From a virus, in the IMG/VR virus record IMGVR_UViG_3300008963_000001, positions 1-64,000 of that record: DNA of 64,000 bases; one strand, given 5' to 3'. The notes beneath the pieces were generated by a model. It was not told where the DNA came from. It did not search any database and was given only the letters and a program-made list of their open reading frames with translations. This document shows positions 1 through 8,296 of this stretch, piece by piece; position 1 is the stretch's first letter, and the number at the start of each line of letters is the position of its first letter. The translations under genes and the position numbers were made by a program.

Positions 1-1
1 C

Positions 2-154
2 GAGCCAGCTAACAATTATGCTGTGACAATTGACGGCAAACGTTGGAAAGTGTTCAGCTCAGAAAGAGCAGCACAGAAAGCAGCTAACACTATCAAGTCT
101 AAATACGGCAAGGATGCACAGGTCTTTCAAACTGGTTCTCCTGCTACAAACTAA
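2..154 (+). CDS. 3' end of a hypothetical protein (5'-truncated by window edge)
   Basis: Open frame from base 2 (EPANNYAVTIDGKRWKVF...SPATN) ending TAA at 152-154, followed by a terminator hairpin. Confidence 0.7.
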   Translation, partial: EPANNYAVTIDGKRWKVFSSERAAQKAANTIKSKYGKDAQVFQTGSPATN

Positions 155-194
155 AATAATAACTAGAAAAGCAATTAATAGTTACTACACTTTG

Positions 195-228
195 AAAAGC
201 CAGTCAAAACAATTGACTGGCTTTTTTT
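195..228 (+). terminator. Rho-independent terminator
   Basis: AAAAGCCAGTCA-aaacaat-TGACTGGCTTTT 12-bp stem followed by a T7 run; the A-run on the left makes it potentially bidirectional. Confidence 0.85.
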
Positions 229-279
229 ATGGCTATATAATAATAATTTATTTACTGGCTTTTTTTATAGCTATATAAT
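213..279 (+). promoter_or_regulatory. Two tandem sigma70-type promoters
   Basis: TTGACT(213-218)-N17-TATAAT(236-241) and TTTACT(251-256)-N17-TATAAT(274-279), upstream of SD AAGGAG and ATG 305. Confidence 0.75.
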
Positions 280-291
280 AATAATTTATTT
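216..291. repeat. 38-bp tandem duplication (one mismatch)
   Basis: 216-253 ACTGGCTTTTTTTATGGCTATATAATAATAATTTATTT vs 254-291 ACTGGCTTTTTTTATAGCTATATAATAATAATTTATTT. Confidence 0.95.
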
Positions 292-304
292 AAGGAGAAC
301 AACA

Positions 305-577
305 ATGGCTAAGATTTACGGCCCCGAAGAAAAGGCAAAACTAGAAAGATTGATTCGCGAAGGCTCGAACGTCCTGCGAGAAGTAGAAGATTTACAGGAA
401 GGCCTTAAAGAAACTGTAAAGGCAGTTGCGGAAGAACTGCAAATCAAACCTGCAATTATCAACAAGAGTATTAAAATTGCCCACAAAGACGAGTGGTACA
501 AGCATCAAGAAGAGTGGGAAGAAATTGAAGGCATTTTAGGCATTACAAAAAATTTACCGGAAGACAAAGACGAATAA
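305..577 (+). CDS. Small dsDNA-binding protein, GapR/DUF2312/T4 DsbA-like
   Basis: 90 aa helical protein, pattern L..LI.E..(x)..L.E.LKE.VKAV.EEL.IKP...IK; strong SD; next to DNA polymerase. Confidence 0.6.
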   Translation: MAKIYGPEEKAKLERLIREGSNVLREVEDLQEGLKETVKAVAEELQIKPAIINKSIKIAHKDEWYKHQEEWEEIEGILGITKNLPEDKDE

Positions 578-650
578 ATATCTTCACTAGCAAGGTAGGC
601 GAGGCCATAAACCGCAAGTCAGGTCAAGCGAGCCGGAAGTCGCAACAAGG
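575..650 (+). promoter_or_regulatory. TAAATA late-promoter box plus structured 5' leader of the DNA polymerase gene
   Basis: TAAATA at 575-580; GC-rich 582-643 segment able to fold CUUC/GAAG, GGC/GCC and GGCC/GGUC helices with a kink-turn-like GA/GA junction. Confidence 0.45.
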
Positions 651-662
651 AGAAAAAACAAT

Positions 663-3329
663 ATGAGCTATGTTGACGCGATCTATGATCGTGATCAAGA
701 TATGATTCGAGTCGTTGAAAGAAACGACAAGGGAGAGCGCCACTTTAAAGAATTCCCTGCACGTCATATCTTTTACTATGATGACCCCAAAGGTAAATTC
801 CAATCAATTTTTGGTACCCCTGTAAGTCGTGTTTCATGTAAGAATATCAAAGAAATGCGCAAAGAACTTGCGATACACTCTAATCGCAAATTATATGAAA
901 GCGATATAAATCCTATCTATAGATGTCTAGAAGACAACTATCTCAATCAAGATGCACCCAAACTAAATGTAGCGTTTTTCGATATCGAGGTGGATTTTGA
1001 TCCAGAGCGCGGCTATGCTGCACCAGAAGATGCATTTATGCCGATCACTGCAATTGCTGTTCATCTGCAATGGCTAGACACGCTCGTGTGTTTGGCTATT
1101 CCTCCCAAGACACTATCTATGGAAGAAGCAGAAAAGCAAGTGGAAGACTTCCCTAATACCATGCTTTTTGAAACAGAAGCAGAACTATTGGAAACATTCT
1201 TAGATTTAATCGAAGAAGCCGACGTGTTAAGTGGGTGGAACAGCGAAGGATTTGATATTCCCTATACTGTTAACCGCGTGACCAAAGTTCTCAGCAAAGA
1301 AGACACTCGAAGGTTTTGCCTGTGGAACCAACTGCCTAAAAAGCGCGAATACGAAAAGTTTGGTAAAACTTCACAGACATATGATCTTGTGGGGCGCATA
1401 CATGTCGACAGTTTAGAGCTGTACAGAAAATACAATTATGAAGAACGTCACACGTATCGACTGGACGCAATCGGCGAGCTGGAAGTAGGCGAAAAGAAAA
1501 CTGTCTACGAAGGCACACTGGATCAATTATACAACAACGACTTTCGCAAGTTTATCGAATACAACAGGCAGGACACTGCACTGCTAGACAAGTTAGATAA
1601 AAAACTAAAATTTATTGATCTTGCAAACACAATTGCGCACGAAAATACTGTGCTTATTCAAACTACTATGGGTGCTGTTGCTGTAACAGAACAGGCAATT
1701 ATCAATGAAGCACACCGCAGAGGCATGGTGGTGCCAAACAGAGTCAAACGCGAACCTGGCTCGGAGCCTGCGGCAGGTGCATATGTTGCATATCCAAAGA
1801 AAGGTATCCACGAATGGGTAGGATCAGTTGACATCAACTCGCTGTATCCGTCGGTGATTCGTGCGCTTAATATGGGTCCTGAAACAATTGTAGGCCAGTT
1901 GCGACAGGATGGTACACAGGCCATGATTGAAGCAGAAATGGGCAAAGGAAAGAGTTTCGCCAATGCTTGGGAAGGCAAGTTTGGCAGCATGGAATATGAT
2001 GCTGTTATGGCCAAGGAAGTTGGCAGAGAAGTAGCCATCGACTGGGAAAATGGCGAAAGTGACACTCTCAGTGCCGCGCAGATCTACGATCTTGTTTTTG
2101 AAAGCAACCAGCCTTGGATGTTGAGTGCCAATGGAACAATTTTTACGTATGAATTCGAAGGTGTGATACCAGGTTTGTTGGCGCGATGGTATAAAGAACG
2201 TAAAGAAATGCAGGCCAAACTAAAAGAAGTCAGAAATGCAGGTAACACAATTGAAGAAGAATACTGGGACAAACGGCAGTTGGTTAAAAAAATTAATCTA
2301 AACAGTTTGTATGGTGCAATTCTCAACCCCGGTTGCCGCTTCTTTGATAACCGAATCGGACAGAGTACCACACTCACCGGTCGCCAAATTACACGTCACA
2401 TGGCGGCTAAGATTAATGAAATCATCGCGGGAGAATATGACCACGTAGGCAAAGCAATAATATACGGCGACACCGACAGTGCCTATTTTTCTGCATATAC
2501 TACTCTACGCAAGGATATCGACAAGGGCAATATTCCGTGGGACGTTGATAATATAATCGAACTATACGACACAATAGGCGAAGAGGCCAACTCTACGTTT
2601 ACCAAGTTCATGCAGTACGCATTTCATTGTCCTAAAAAACACGGCGATATCATCAAATCCGGTCGAGAAATTGTAGCAAAAAAAGGACTGTTCATTACAA
2701 AAAAACGCTATGCAGTGCTGGTAGTAGACAACGAAGGCAAGCGGCTTGATGTAGAAGGCAAGTCCGGTAAGATCAAACCAATGGGACTTGATCTTAAGCG
2801 TTCGGACACGCCTGTCGTAATCCAAGAATTCCTTTCAACAGTGTTACAAATGGTACTAGAAGGCTATGAAAAAGAAGAAGTGCTAGAATATATTACTGAT
2901 TTTCGCACCGACTTCAAGGCCAGACCGGGTTGGGAAAAGGGCAGTCCTAAGAGAGCAAACAAAATTACAGAATACAAGGCCAAAGAAAAGAAAGCAGGCA
3001 AAGCAAACATGCCCGGGCACGTTCGAGCAAGCATCAATTGGAACACGCTTAAAAACATGCACGGAGACAAGTATTCGATGAGTATCACAGACGGTGCAAA
3101 AGTAATTGTTTGCAAACTAAAACAAAACCCCATGGCATACACGTCTGTGGCCTATCCTGTAGACGAACTAAGACTGCCAGACTGGTTTAAGGAATTGCCG
3201 TTCGATGACGCGGCAATGGAGAATTCAGTCATCGACGAAAAATTAAAAAATCTTATCGGAGAACTGGGTTGGGACATTGCGAGCACAAGATCCGATAATA
3301 CTTTTAACAAATTGTTCGATTTTGAATAA
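663..3329 (+). CDS. gp43: Family B DNA polymerase (T4 gp43-like)
   Basis: 888 aa; exonuclease motifs FFDIE, WNSEGFDIPY, YNRQD; polymerase motifs DINSLYPS, KINLNSLYG, YGDTDS; no intein-sized insertion. Confidence 0.97.
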   Translation: MSYVDAIYDRDQDMIRVVERNDKGERHFKEFPARHIFYYDDPKGKFQSIFGTPVSRVSCKNIKEMRKELAIHSNRKLYESDINPIYRCLEDNYLNQDAPKLNVAFFDIEVDFDPERGYAAPEDAFMPITAIAVHLQWLDTLVCLAIPPKTLSMEEAEKQVEDFPNTMLFETEAELLETFLDLIEEADVLSGWNSEGFDIPYTVNRVTKVLSKEDTRRFCLWNQLPKKREYEKFGKTSQTYDLVGRIHVDSLELYRKYNYEERHTYRLDAIGELEVGEKKTVYEGTLDQLYNNDFRKFIEYNRQDTALLDKLDKKLKFIDLANTIAHENTVLIQTTMGAVAVTEQAIINEAHRRGMVVPNRVKREPGSEPAAGAYVAYPKKGIHEWVGSVDINSLYPSVIRALNMGPETIVGQLRQDGTQAMIEAEMGKGKSFANAWEGKFGSMEYDAVMAKEVGREVAIDWENGESDTLSAAQIYDLVFESNQPWMLSANGTIFTYEFEGVIPGLLARWYKERKEMQAKLKEVRNAGNTIEEEYWDKRQLVKKINLNSLYGAILNPGCRFFDNRIGQSTTLTGRQITRHMAAKINEIIAGEYDHVGKAIIYGDTDSAYFSAYTTLRKDIDKGNIPWDVDNIIELYDTIGEEANSTFTKFMQYAFHCPKKHGDIIKSGREIVAKKGLFITKKRYAVLVVDNEGKRLDVEGKSGKIKPMGLDLKRSDTPVVIQEFLSTVLQMVLEGYEKEEVLEYITDFRTDFKARPGWEKGSPKRANKITEYKAKEKKAGKANMPGHVRASINWNTLKNMHGDKYSMSITDGAKVIVCKLKQNPMAYTSVAYPVDELRLPDWFKELPFDDAAMENSVIDEKLKNLIGELGWDIASTRSDNTFNKLFDFE

Positions 3330-3336
3330 AAAGTTG

Positions 3337-3365
3337 TTGACAAACAGCTCAAACCTAAATAAACT
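3337..3365 (+). promoter_or_regulatory. sigma70-type promoter with embedded TAAATA box
   Basis: TTGACA(3337-3342)-N17-TAAACT(3360-3365); TAAATA at 3356-3361; the -35 lies within an imperfect inverted repeat AGTTGTT-GACA-AACAGCT. Confidence 0.6.
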
Positions 3366-3389
3366 TGTACTACAAATGGAGAATAAATT

Positions 3390-4127
3390 ATGCAAGACAT
3401 CTTACAAGATATTGTAAGTCACACACAGAATCTCGGCTTCCTTCTTACTGTTAAAGTTGTAGGGGACGAAGACAAAACAGAAATGTTTTCAATGGCTGAC
3501 GATCGATCTGTTATTATGAGCGCAGAGACGCACAATCCTTATGCGGACATGATCGGTACATTTGGCATGCCACAGCTTAACAAGCTGAAGTATTTGTTGG
3601 ACGGTTCTGAGTACAAAGAAGATGCTAAGATCACAGTCACTACTGCCGAGCGCAACGGCGAAACCGTTCCTGTAGGTATTCATTTTGAAAACAAGGATGG
3701 CGATTTCAAGAACGATTACCGTTTTATGAATCAAGACATCATCAACGAAAAAATGAAGACCGTAAAGTTTCGTGGTGCGAATTGGAATGTAACTGTTGTT
3801 CCTAGTCTTGCTAGCGTACAGAGATTTAACTTTCAAGCAGGTGCTAACAGCGAACATCCTACATTTATTGCCCGTACAGAAGATAGCAATTTAAAGTTCA
3901 CGTTTGGCGATGCTAGCACGCACGGCGGCGAGTTTGTATTTGCAACAGACGTCGAAGGTACGCTAGATAAAGGCTGGGCTTGGCCTGTTGCACCTATTCT
4001 TGCAATTCTTAAAATTGCGGATGTCAACAATACCAAGATGAGTTTGAGTAACGACGGTGCAATTCAGATCGAGCTTGATTCAGGACTTGCAAACTACAAA
4101 TATATCATTCCTGCACAAGCGGCCTAA
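3390..4127 (+). CDS. gp45: Sliding clamp / processivity factor, T4 gp45-like
   Basis: 245 aa, size and alternating beta/alpha pattern of a two-domain clamp subunit; directly downstream of polB; SD GGAG. Confidence 0.65.
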   Translation: MQDILQDIVSHTQNLGFLLTVKVVGDEDKTEMFSMADDRSVIMSAETHNPYADMIGTFGMPQLNKLKYLLDGSEYKEDAKITVTTAERNGETVPVGIHFENKDGDFKNDYRFMNQDIINEKMKTVKFRGANWNVTVVPSLASVQRFNFQAGANSEHPTFIARTEDSNLKFTFGDASTHGGEFVFATDVEGTLDKGWAWPVAPILAILKIADVNNTKMSLSNDGAIQIELDSGLANYKYIIPAQAA

Positions 4128-4130
4128 ATA
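4125..4130 (+). promoter_or_regulatory. TAAATA late-promoter box 5 nt before the dpdA ATG
   Basis: TAAATA-atcat-ATG(4136); no SD visible upstream. Confidence 0.5.
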
Positions 4131-4135
4131 ATCAT

Positions 4136-5686
4136 ATGAAAAAACCAGTAGACTTAACTCCGTTACAAAAAGACTATGCTGTCTATTTGCCAGCAATAAG
4201 TAGTTTTTACTCTACATATATTGCAAAGCAGAGACAGAGCGAATTTGTACCTAAAGATCGTATCCCTGCAGGCTTTGATCGTGGCATCGAAGGCATGAAC
4301 TTCCTAAACCACGAAGCAGGTTATTACACATACGATTATGCTCTGTACTCTGCAGGCCATGCTCAATTAGATCCGCAGAAAACACTAGAATCAGACATAA
4401 TGATTCATGATCGAGACAAGAGTCGTTCTATGATTTTAGGCGACTCCGGCGGTTATCAGGTAGGTAAAGGCATTCTCAAATTTGATTGGCACAACTTCGA
4501 GGGTGCAGAAGCAAATGCAACTCGAAATAAAATACTCAATTGGCTAGAATTAACAGCAGACTGGTCAATGACGCTGGATGTTCCTACTTGGGCATGCGAC
4601 CATATTCATGCTCCGAAGACTGGATTAAAGAATTTCGAAGACTGCCTCGAAAAAACACGTTTTAATAACCAGTATTGGTTAGAACGTAGGCAAGGCAAAA
4701 CCAAATTCTTAAATGTCTTGCAGGGATCAGACTGGGACACAGCAGAACAGTGGTACGAAGGCGTAAAAGAATTTTCCGACGAAAGCGTTTGGGGCGACAA
4801 GGCCTGCGAAGGCTGGGCAATGGGCGGCGCTAACATGTGCAAAATGCCTATTACACTGCGCCGTTTGATTACTATGAAGTTTGACGGCATGTTAGAAGGC
4901 AAAGATTGGATGCACTTCTTGGGAACTGCCCAGTTAGATTGGAGTTGTTTCCTAACCAGCATTCAGCGACAGGTTCGCAAGCACTGCAACGAGAATTTTA
5001 CCATTTCATTTGATTGTGCTAGTCCGTTTATTGCAACAGCACACGGACTTGTTTATACTAATGCGCAACACAATGCCAAGCGGTGGGCAGTAATCATGGA
5101 CAAGGCTCCCGACAACAAGGCACTGGCAGAACGTCATGACATTCCGTTTCCGTTTGAAAGTGAAATTGGTAGGCGATTGAGCATTGCTGACGTCTGCCAC
5201 TATGCGCCTGGCATGCTCAACAAGATTGGCAAAGAAGGCAAAACATCATGGGACAGTTTTGCATATGCACTGATGATGTCGCACAATGTATACTGTCATA
5301 TCGTAGCAGTGCAACGTGCTAACAATCTCATGGACATCGAGCGTGCAAAGGCACAGCCCGACTGGAGACACTGGAAAAAGGTCAAACAAGCCGATAAGAG
5401 CGACGAGTATTCCGAATGGGTGCCGCGCAATATTTTATACTTCGATCGTTTTGTAGAAGAACTGTTTGAGTGCGAGACAAAACAAGCGGCGTTTGACATG
5501 ATCAAGCAGGCCGATAGTTTCTTAAAAGATCTAGAAGGTGCTAGACTACGCGGCGGTATTACAAACGAATTCAATCGCATGTTTGTGGAAGTAGATGACG
5601 AAGGCGACGAAATTCAACCGTGGACTGATGACAGGGAAGACGACGAACTCGACAAACTCGAAGGAGAGTTAAAGGAGAATGAATGA
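4136..5686 (+). CDS. dpdA: DpdA-type DNA 7-deazaguanine transglycosylase (TGT superfamily)
   Basis: 516 aa; TGT motifs ILGDSGGYQ, MTLDVP, NVLQG, GWAMGG, HFLG, ISFDCASP; clustered with folE, queE and a QueD-like gene. Confidence 0.85.
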   Translation: MKKPVDLTPLQKDYAVYLPAISSFYSTYIAKQRQSEFVPKDRIPAGFDRGIEGMNFLNHEAGYYTYDYALYSAGHAQLDPQKTLESDIMIHDRDKSRSMILGDSGGYQVGKGILKFDWHNFEGAEANATRNKILNWLELTADWSMTLDVPTWACDHIHAPKTGLKNFEDCLEKTRFNNQYWLERRQGKTKFLNVLQGSDWDTAEQWYEGVKEFSDESVWGDKACEGWAMGGANMCKMPITLRRLITMKFDGMLEGKDWMHFLGTAQLDWSCFLTSIQRQVRKHCNENFTISFDCASPFIATAHGLVYTNAQHNAKRWAVIMDKAPDNKALAERHDIPFPFESEIGRRLSIADVCHYAPGMLNKIGKEGKTSWDSFAYALMMSHNVYCHIVAVQRANNLMDIERAKAQPDWRHWKKVKQADKSDEYSEWVPRNILYFDRFVEELFECETKQAAFDMIKQADSFLKDLEGARLRGGITNEFNRMFVEVDDEGDEIQPWTDDREDDELDKLEGELKENE

Positions 5687-5865
5687 AGTCTGATCAAAGA
5701 TTAAAATTTCTACAAGAATCGCACGCATATCTCGACAAACAAATAGCAGAAGTTTATAGGTCTAGATCTTTTGAAGATTTAGAACTGGTAAAACTCAAGA
5801 AAGAAAAATTAAGGCTGAAAGATGCAATTAGACACTTACAACACTCAACCGAGCGCGTCGATTAG
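5683..5865 (+). CDS. Small coiled-coil protein, DUF465/YdcH-like
   Basis: 60 aa; L.E.H..LD.QI...; L..LKKEKLRLKD.I pattern; ATGA-coupled to dpdA. Confidence 0.65.
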   Translation: MKSDQRLKFLQESHAYLDKQIAEVYRSRSFEDLELVKLKKEKLRLKDAIRHLQHSTERVD

Positions 5866-6019
5866 GATCACACGACAGGATTTTGATCGATTACAAGAGC
5901 TTGTTAATGGGTTTAAGCAAATAGACGAAATTGAATGTACGCAGGAACAAAACAGCGTTCGATTTAAATTTTTCCTAGATGGTTATGAAATAAGTTTTAA
6001 GAGGACGCACAATGAATAG
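5822..6019 (+). CDS. Hypothetical protein
   Basis: 65 aa ORF filling the gap between neighbours in the operon; start uncertain. Confidence 0.55.
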   Translation: MQLDTYNTQPSASIRITRQDFDRLQELVNGFKQIDEIECTQEQNSVRFKFFLDGYEISFKRTHNE

Positions 6020-6524
6020 AGATTATGCTTCGGGGCAGTCGAACAAGGTTGTGTTTTTCCGCGGCGTTGAAGTCGAACACACTCCTGCATATGGTATGGA
6101 AACACTTTTTGTAACAGGCGTACAGGATGCTACAGAAATAGAAAAGCATTTAGAGGCGTGCAAGCATGTTTTCTTCGGTGCGAATCACAGTTTCAATCCA
6201 ACCGAACCTGCACACTACGAGCCGTGGGAAACAATGATTGAACACTTTTTACGCAAGGATATACTATGCACCTTAGATATCCCACTAAGCATAGCAGAAG
6301 AATTTTTAGAGGGACCTCTCGTAGAATATGACAACTTTATTCCTCAGATTAGAGTTGCTATTCCCTATATAAAACAGTATAATTATAACACTATGATTAA
6401 AATTGACGACAAAGATTTTCAAGCAACCAATCCCGGTGTTTGGTGTCATAGATTACACGATCTTATGAACAGCGATGTGTTTACGCCATGGCACGAGTAT
6501 AAAAATGATGAGGTTATCAAGTGA
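6012..6524 (+). CDS. Hypothetical protein in the dpd cluster (possible accessory modification enzyme)
   Basis: 170 aa; SD GAGG; enzyme-like motifs GVEVEH, FFGANHSF, TNPGVWCH; no family assigned. Confidence 0.75.
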   Translation: MNRDYASGQSNKVVFFRGVEVEHTPAYGMETLFVTGVQDATEIEKHLEACKHVFFGANHSFNPTEPAHYEPWETMIEHFLRKDILCTLDIPLSIAEEFLEGPLVEYDNFIPQIRVAIPYIKQYNYNTMIKIDDKDFQATNPGVWCHRLHDLMNSDVFTPWHEYKNDEVIK

Positions 6525-6922
6525 CAACTGTTAAGCAAGACGTTCGCCCAAAAAAAATGATCTGGGTAACATTTCAAAAAGAAGGCATTCACAAATATCC
6601 AGCGGCACTGACCGATCCAAAACTCGCAACAGGCGGCTGGGATGATGTAAGTTTTCTCGGCTATCCGCACAGGCATATTTTTAAGTTTAAAGTTTGGATT
6701 GAAGTGTTTACCGACGACCGTGATATTGAATTTATTCAGTTTAAACGCTGGCTAGAACGTCTTTACAGTGGCCAGGACGGTGATGTGTTAGCACTAGACT
6801 ATAAGAGTTGTGAAATGATTTCAGATGAACTTCATGAAATTATTTCGAACAAATATCCCAGCCGAGAGGTTTGGATTGAAGTCTCCGAAGACGGAGAAAA
6901 TGGATCTTTCATCAAATATTAA
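6521..6922 (+). CDS. dpdL: QueD/PTPS-fold paralog with LxxxHRHxF motif (DpdL-like)
   Basis: 133 aa; LGYPHRHIF (6656-6682) in place of the QueD CxxxHGH motif; DRDIEF and SCEMIS/VxEDGE tunnel-fold motifs. The DpdL assignment rests on recalled motif knowledge. Confidence 0.65.
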   Translation: MTTVKQDVRPKKMIWVTFQKEGIHKYPAALTDPKLATGGWDDVSFLGYPHRHIFKFKVWIEVFTDDRDIEFIQFKRWLERLYSGQDGDVLALDYKSCEMISDELHEIISNKYPSREVWIEVSEDGENGSFIKY

Positions 6923-6935
6923 TAAAGGAAAAGAG

Positions 6936-7133
6936 ATGAAGAAAGAAGTTTTTAAAATTTTTAACGACCTCGAAGAGTATCACGATTTTTGTCGCTTCGA
7001 ATTGCGTGAGTTTGATCCCGCTCACTTGTATCGCAAAAGCAACAGAAACTATAGAGCATTTTTGGCGTACAAAAATGCAAAACGCAACGGCCGAGGACGT
7101 AATTTTAATAAACACAATCACAATAGAAGATAA
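6936..7133 (+). CDS. Small basic hypothetical protein
   Basis: Start reassigned to ATG 6936 (SD AAGGA/AAGAG); MKKEVFKIF...NHNRR; TAATG-coupled to the next gene. Confidence 0.7.
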   Translation: MKKEVFKIFNDLEEYHDFCRFELREFDPAHLYRKSNRNYRAFLAYKNAKRNGRGRNFNKHNHNRR

Positions 7134-8245
7134 TGACAGTATATATTGTTGACATAGAAGCCGTAGAGACACGCTACACAGGACAGTGGAAGACACACGT
7201 GCCTCGCTTGCTAGGAAAGCGAGGATTTGATGTCTGTGTTGTTGAAGGTGCCAAGGACATTCCTCCTGCAACAACGCCTGGAGCGTTTTTAAACTTTGGC
7301 GGTACAAATGTATACAAAGCATCGCAAGTTGAACAGATCAGCAGAATGTTTTGTGACGGTAAAATCAAAGGAGGGGATCATTTTCTATTCACAGATGCAT
7401 GGCATCCGGGAATTATCAACCTCAAATATATGAGTGAGCTGCTGAATGTTCCTGTTACTATACACGCACTTTGGCATGCAGGCAGTTATGACGAACAAGA
7501 CTTTCTAGGTAGATTGATTGGCGACGCGCCTTGGGTAAGACATGCTGAAAAAAGCATGTACTATGCAATCGATCACAATTACTTTGCTACTGACTTTCAT
7601 GCAAAACTATTCCATAGAGAACTGTTAAACAACGGATATCCTACAGAGAATCCTTGGTTTGAAGAGGATGTGGAAGAACTGTACGACGATGGTAAAATTG
7701 TTCGCTCGGGCTGGCCCATGGAGTATTTAGAAGACACTCTTACGCCTTATAAACACATGGACAAGCGAGATCTTATCTTGTTCCCTCATCGTATTGCTCC
7801 TGAGAAACAGCCAGAAATATTTAACGATCTCAAACAAGCATTACCTCAATACGAGTTTGCAGTATGCCAAAGCTATGATTTAACCAAGAACGAGTATCAT
7901 AACATGCTAGGCGAAGCAAAACTTGTTTTTAGTGCTAATTTACAAGAAACACTCGGTATTAGTTGGTATGAGGGTGCACTTGTAGGCGCACTGCCGATGG
8001 TCCCTAATCGATTAAGCTATAGCGAAATGGCCGAGACTGAATTTTTATATCCCAGCGAGTGGACTACAAATTTTGCAAATTATATAGCACATAAAGAACA
8101 AATTTGTAATCAAATAGTTGATTACATGGAAAACTATAACAGCTATCTGCCTGCACTAAACAAACAGGTTTTTAGACTTAAAGATAACTTTTTTAGCAGT
8201 GATGCCTTGATAAAAAACTTAAAAGGGAAGAAATATTCATGTTAA
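7133..8245 (+). CDS. GT-B fold (GT4-like) glycosyltransferase
   Basis: 370 aa; FPHRIAPEKQP donor-binding motif and EX7E motif ETLGISWYE. Confidence 0.8.
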   Translation: MTVYIVDIEAVETRYTGQWKTHVPRLLGKRGFDVCVVEGAKDIPPATTPGAFLNFGGTNVYKASQVEQISRMFCDGKIKGGDHFLFTDAWHPGIINLKYMSELLNVPVTIHALWHAGSYDEQDFLGRLIGDAPWVRHAEKSMYYAIDHNYFATDFHAKLFHRELLNNGYPTENPWFEEDVEELYDDGKIVRSGWPMEYLEDTLTPYKHMDKRDLILFPHRIAPEKQPEIFNDLKQALPQYEFAVCQSYDLTKNEYHNMLGEAKLVFSANLQETLGISWYEGALVGALPMVPNRLSYSEMAETEFLYPSEWTTNFANYIAHKEQICNQIVDYMENYNSYLPALNKQVFRLKDNFFSSDALIKNLKGKKYSC

Positions 8246-8258
8246 AAATTATTATCTA

Positions 8259-8295
8259 TTGCAATTTTAAAAAGTATTGTATATAATACTAAATA
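8259..8295 (+). promoter_or_regulatory. sigma70-type promoter plus TAAATA late box upstream of folE
   Basis: TTGCAA(8259-8264)-N17-TATAAT(8282-8287); TAAATA 8290-8295. Confidence 0.7.
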
Positions 8296-8296
8296 T

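Noticed and set aside
30-278. 82-aa ORF in the track
   Set aside because: It crosses a terminator, two promoters and the tandem duplication; the real coding frame here is 2-154.
582-650. Partial resemblance of GGCCAUAAACC...CAGGU to the c-di-GMP-I riboswitch P2
   Set aside because: The P1 GNRA hairpin and ligand-binding junction are absent; kept only as an unassigned structured leader.
663-3329. Intein or intron in DNA polymerase
   Set aside because: Length and motif spacing are normal, with no splice-junction residues or homing endonuclease motifs.
5683-6019. Possible programmed frameshift joining the two overlapping small ORFs
   Set aside because: No slippery heptamer or stimulatory structure seen in the 44-nt overlap.
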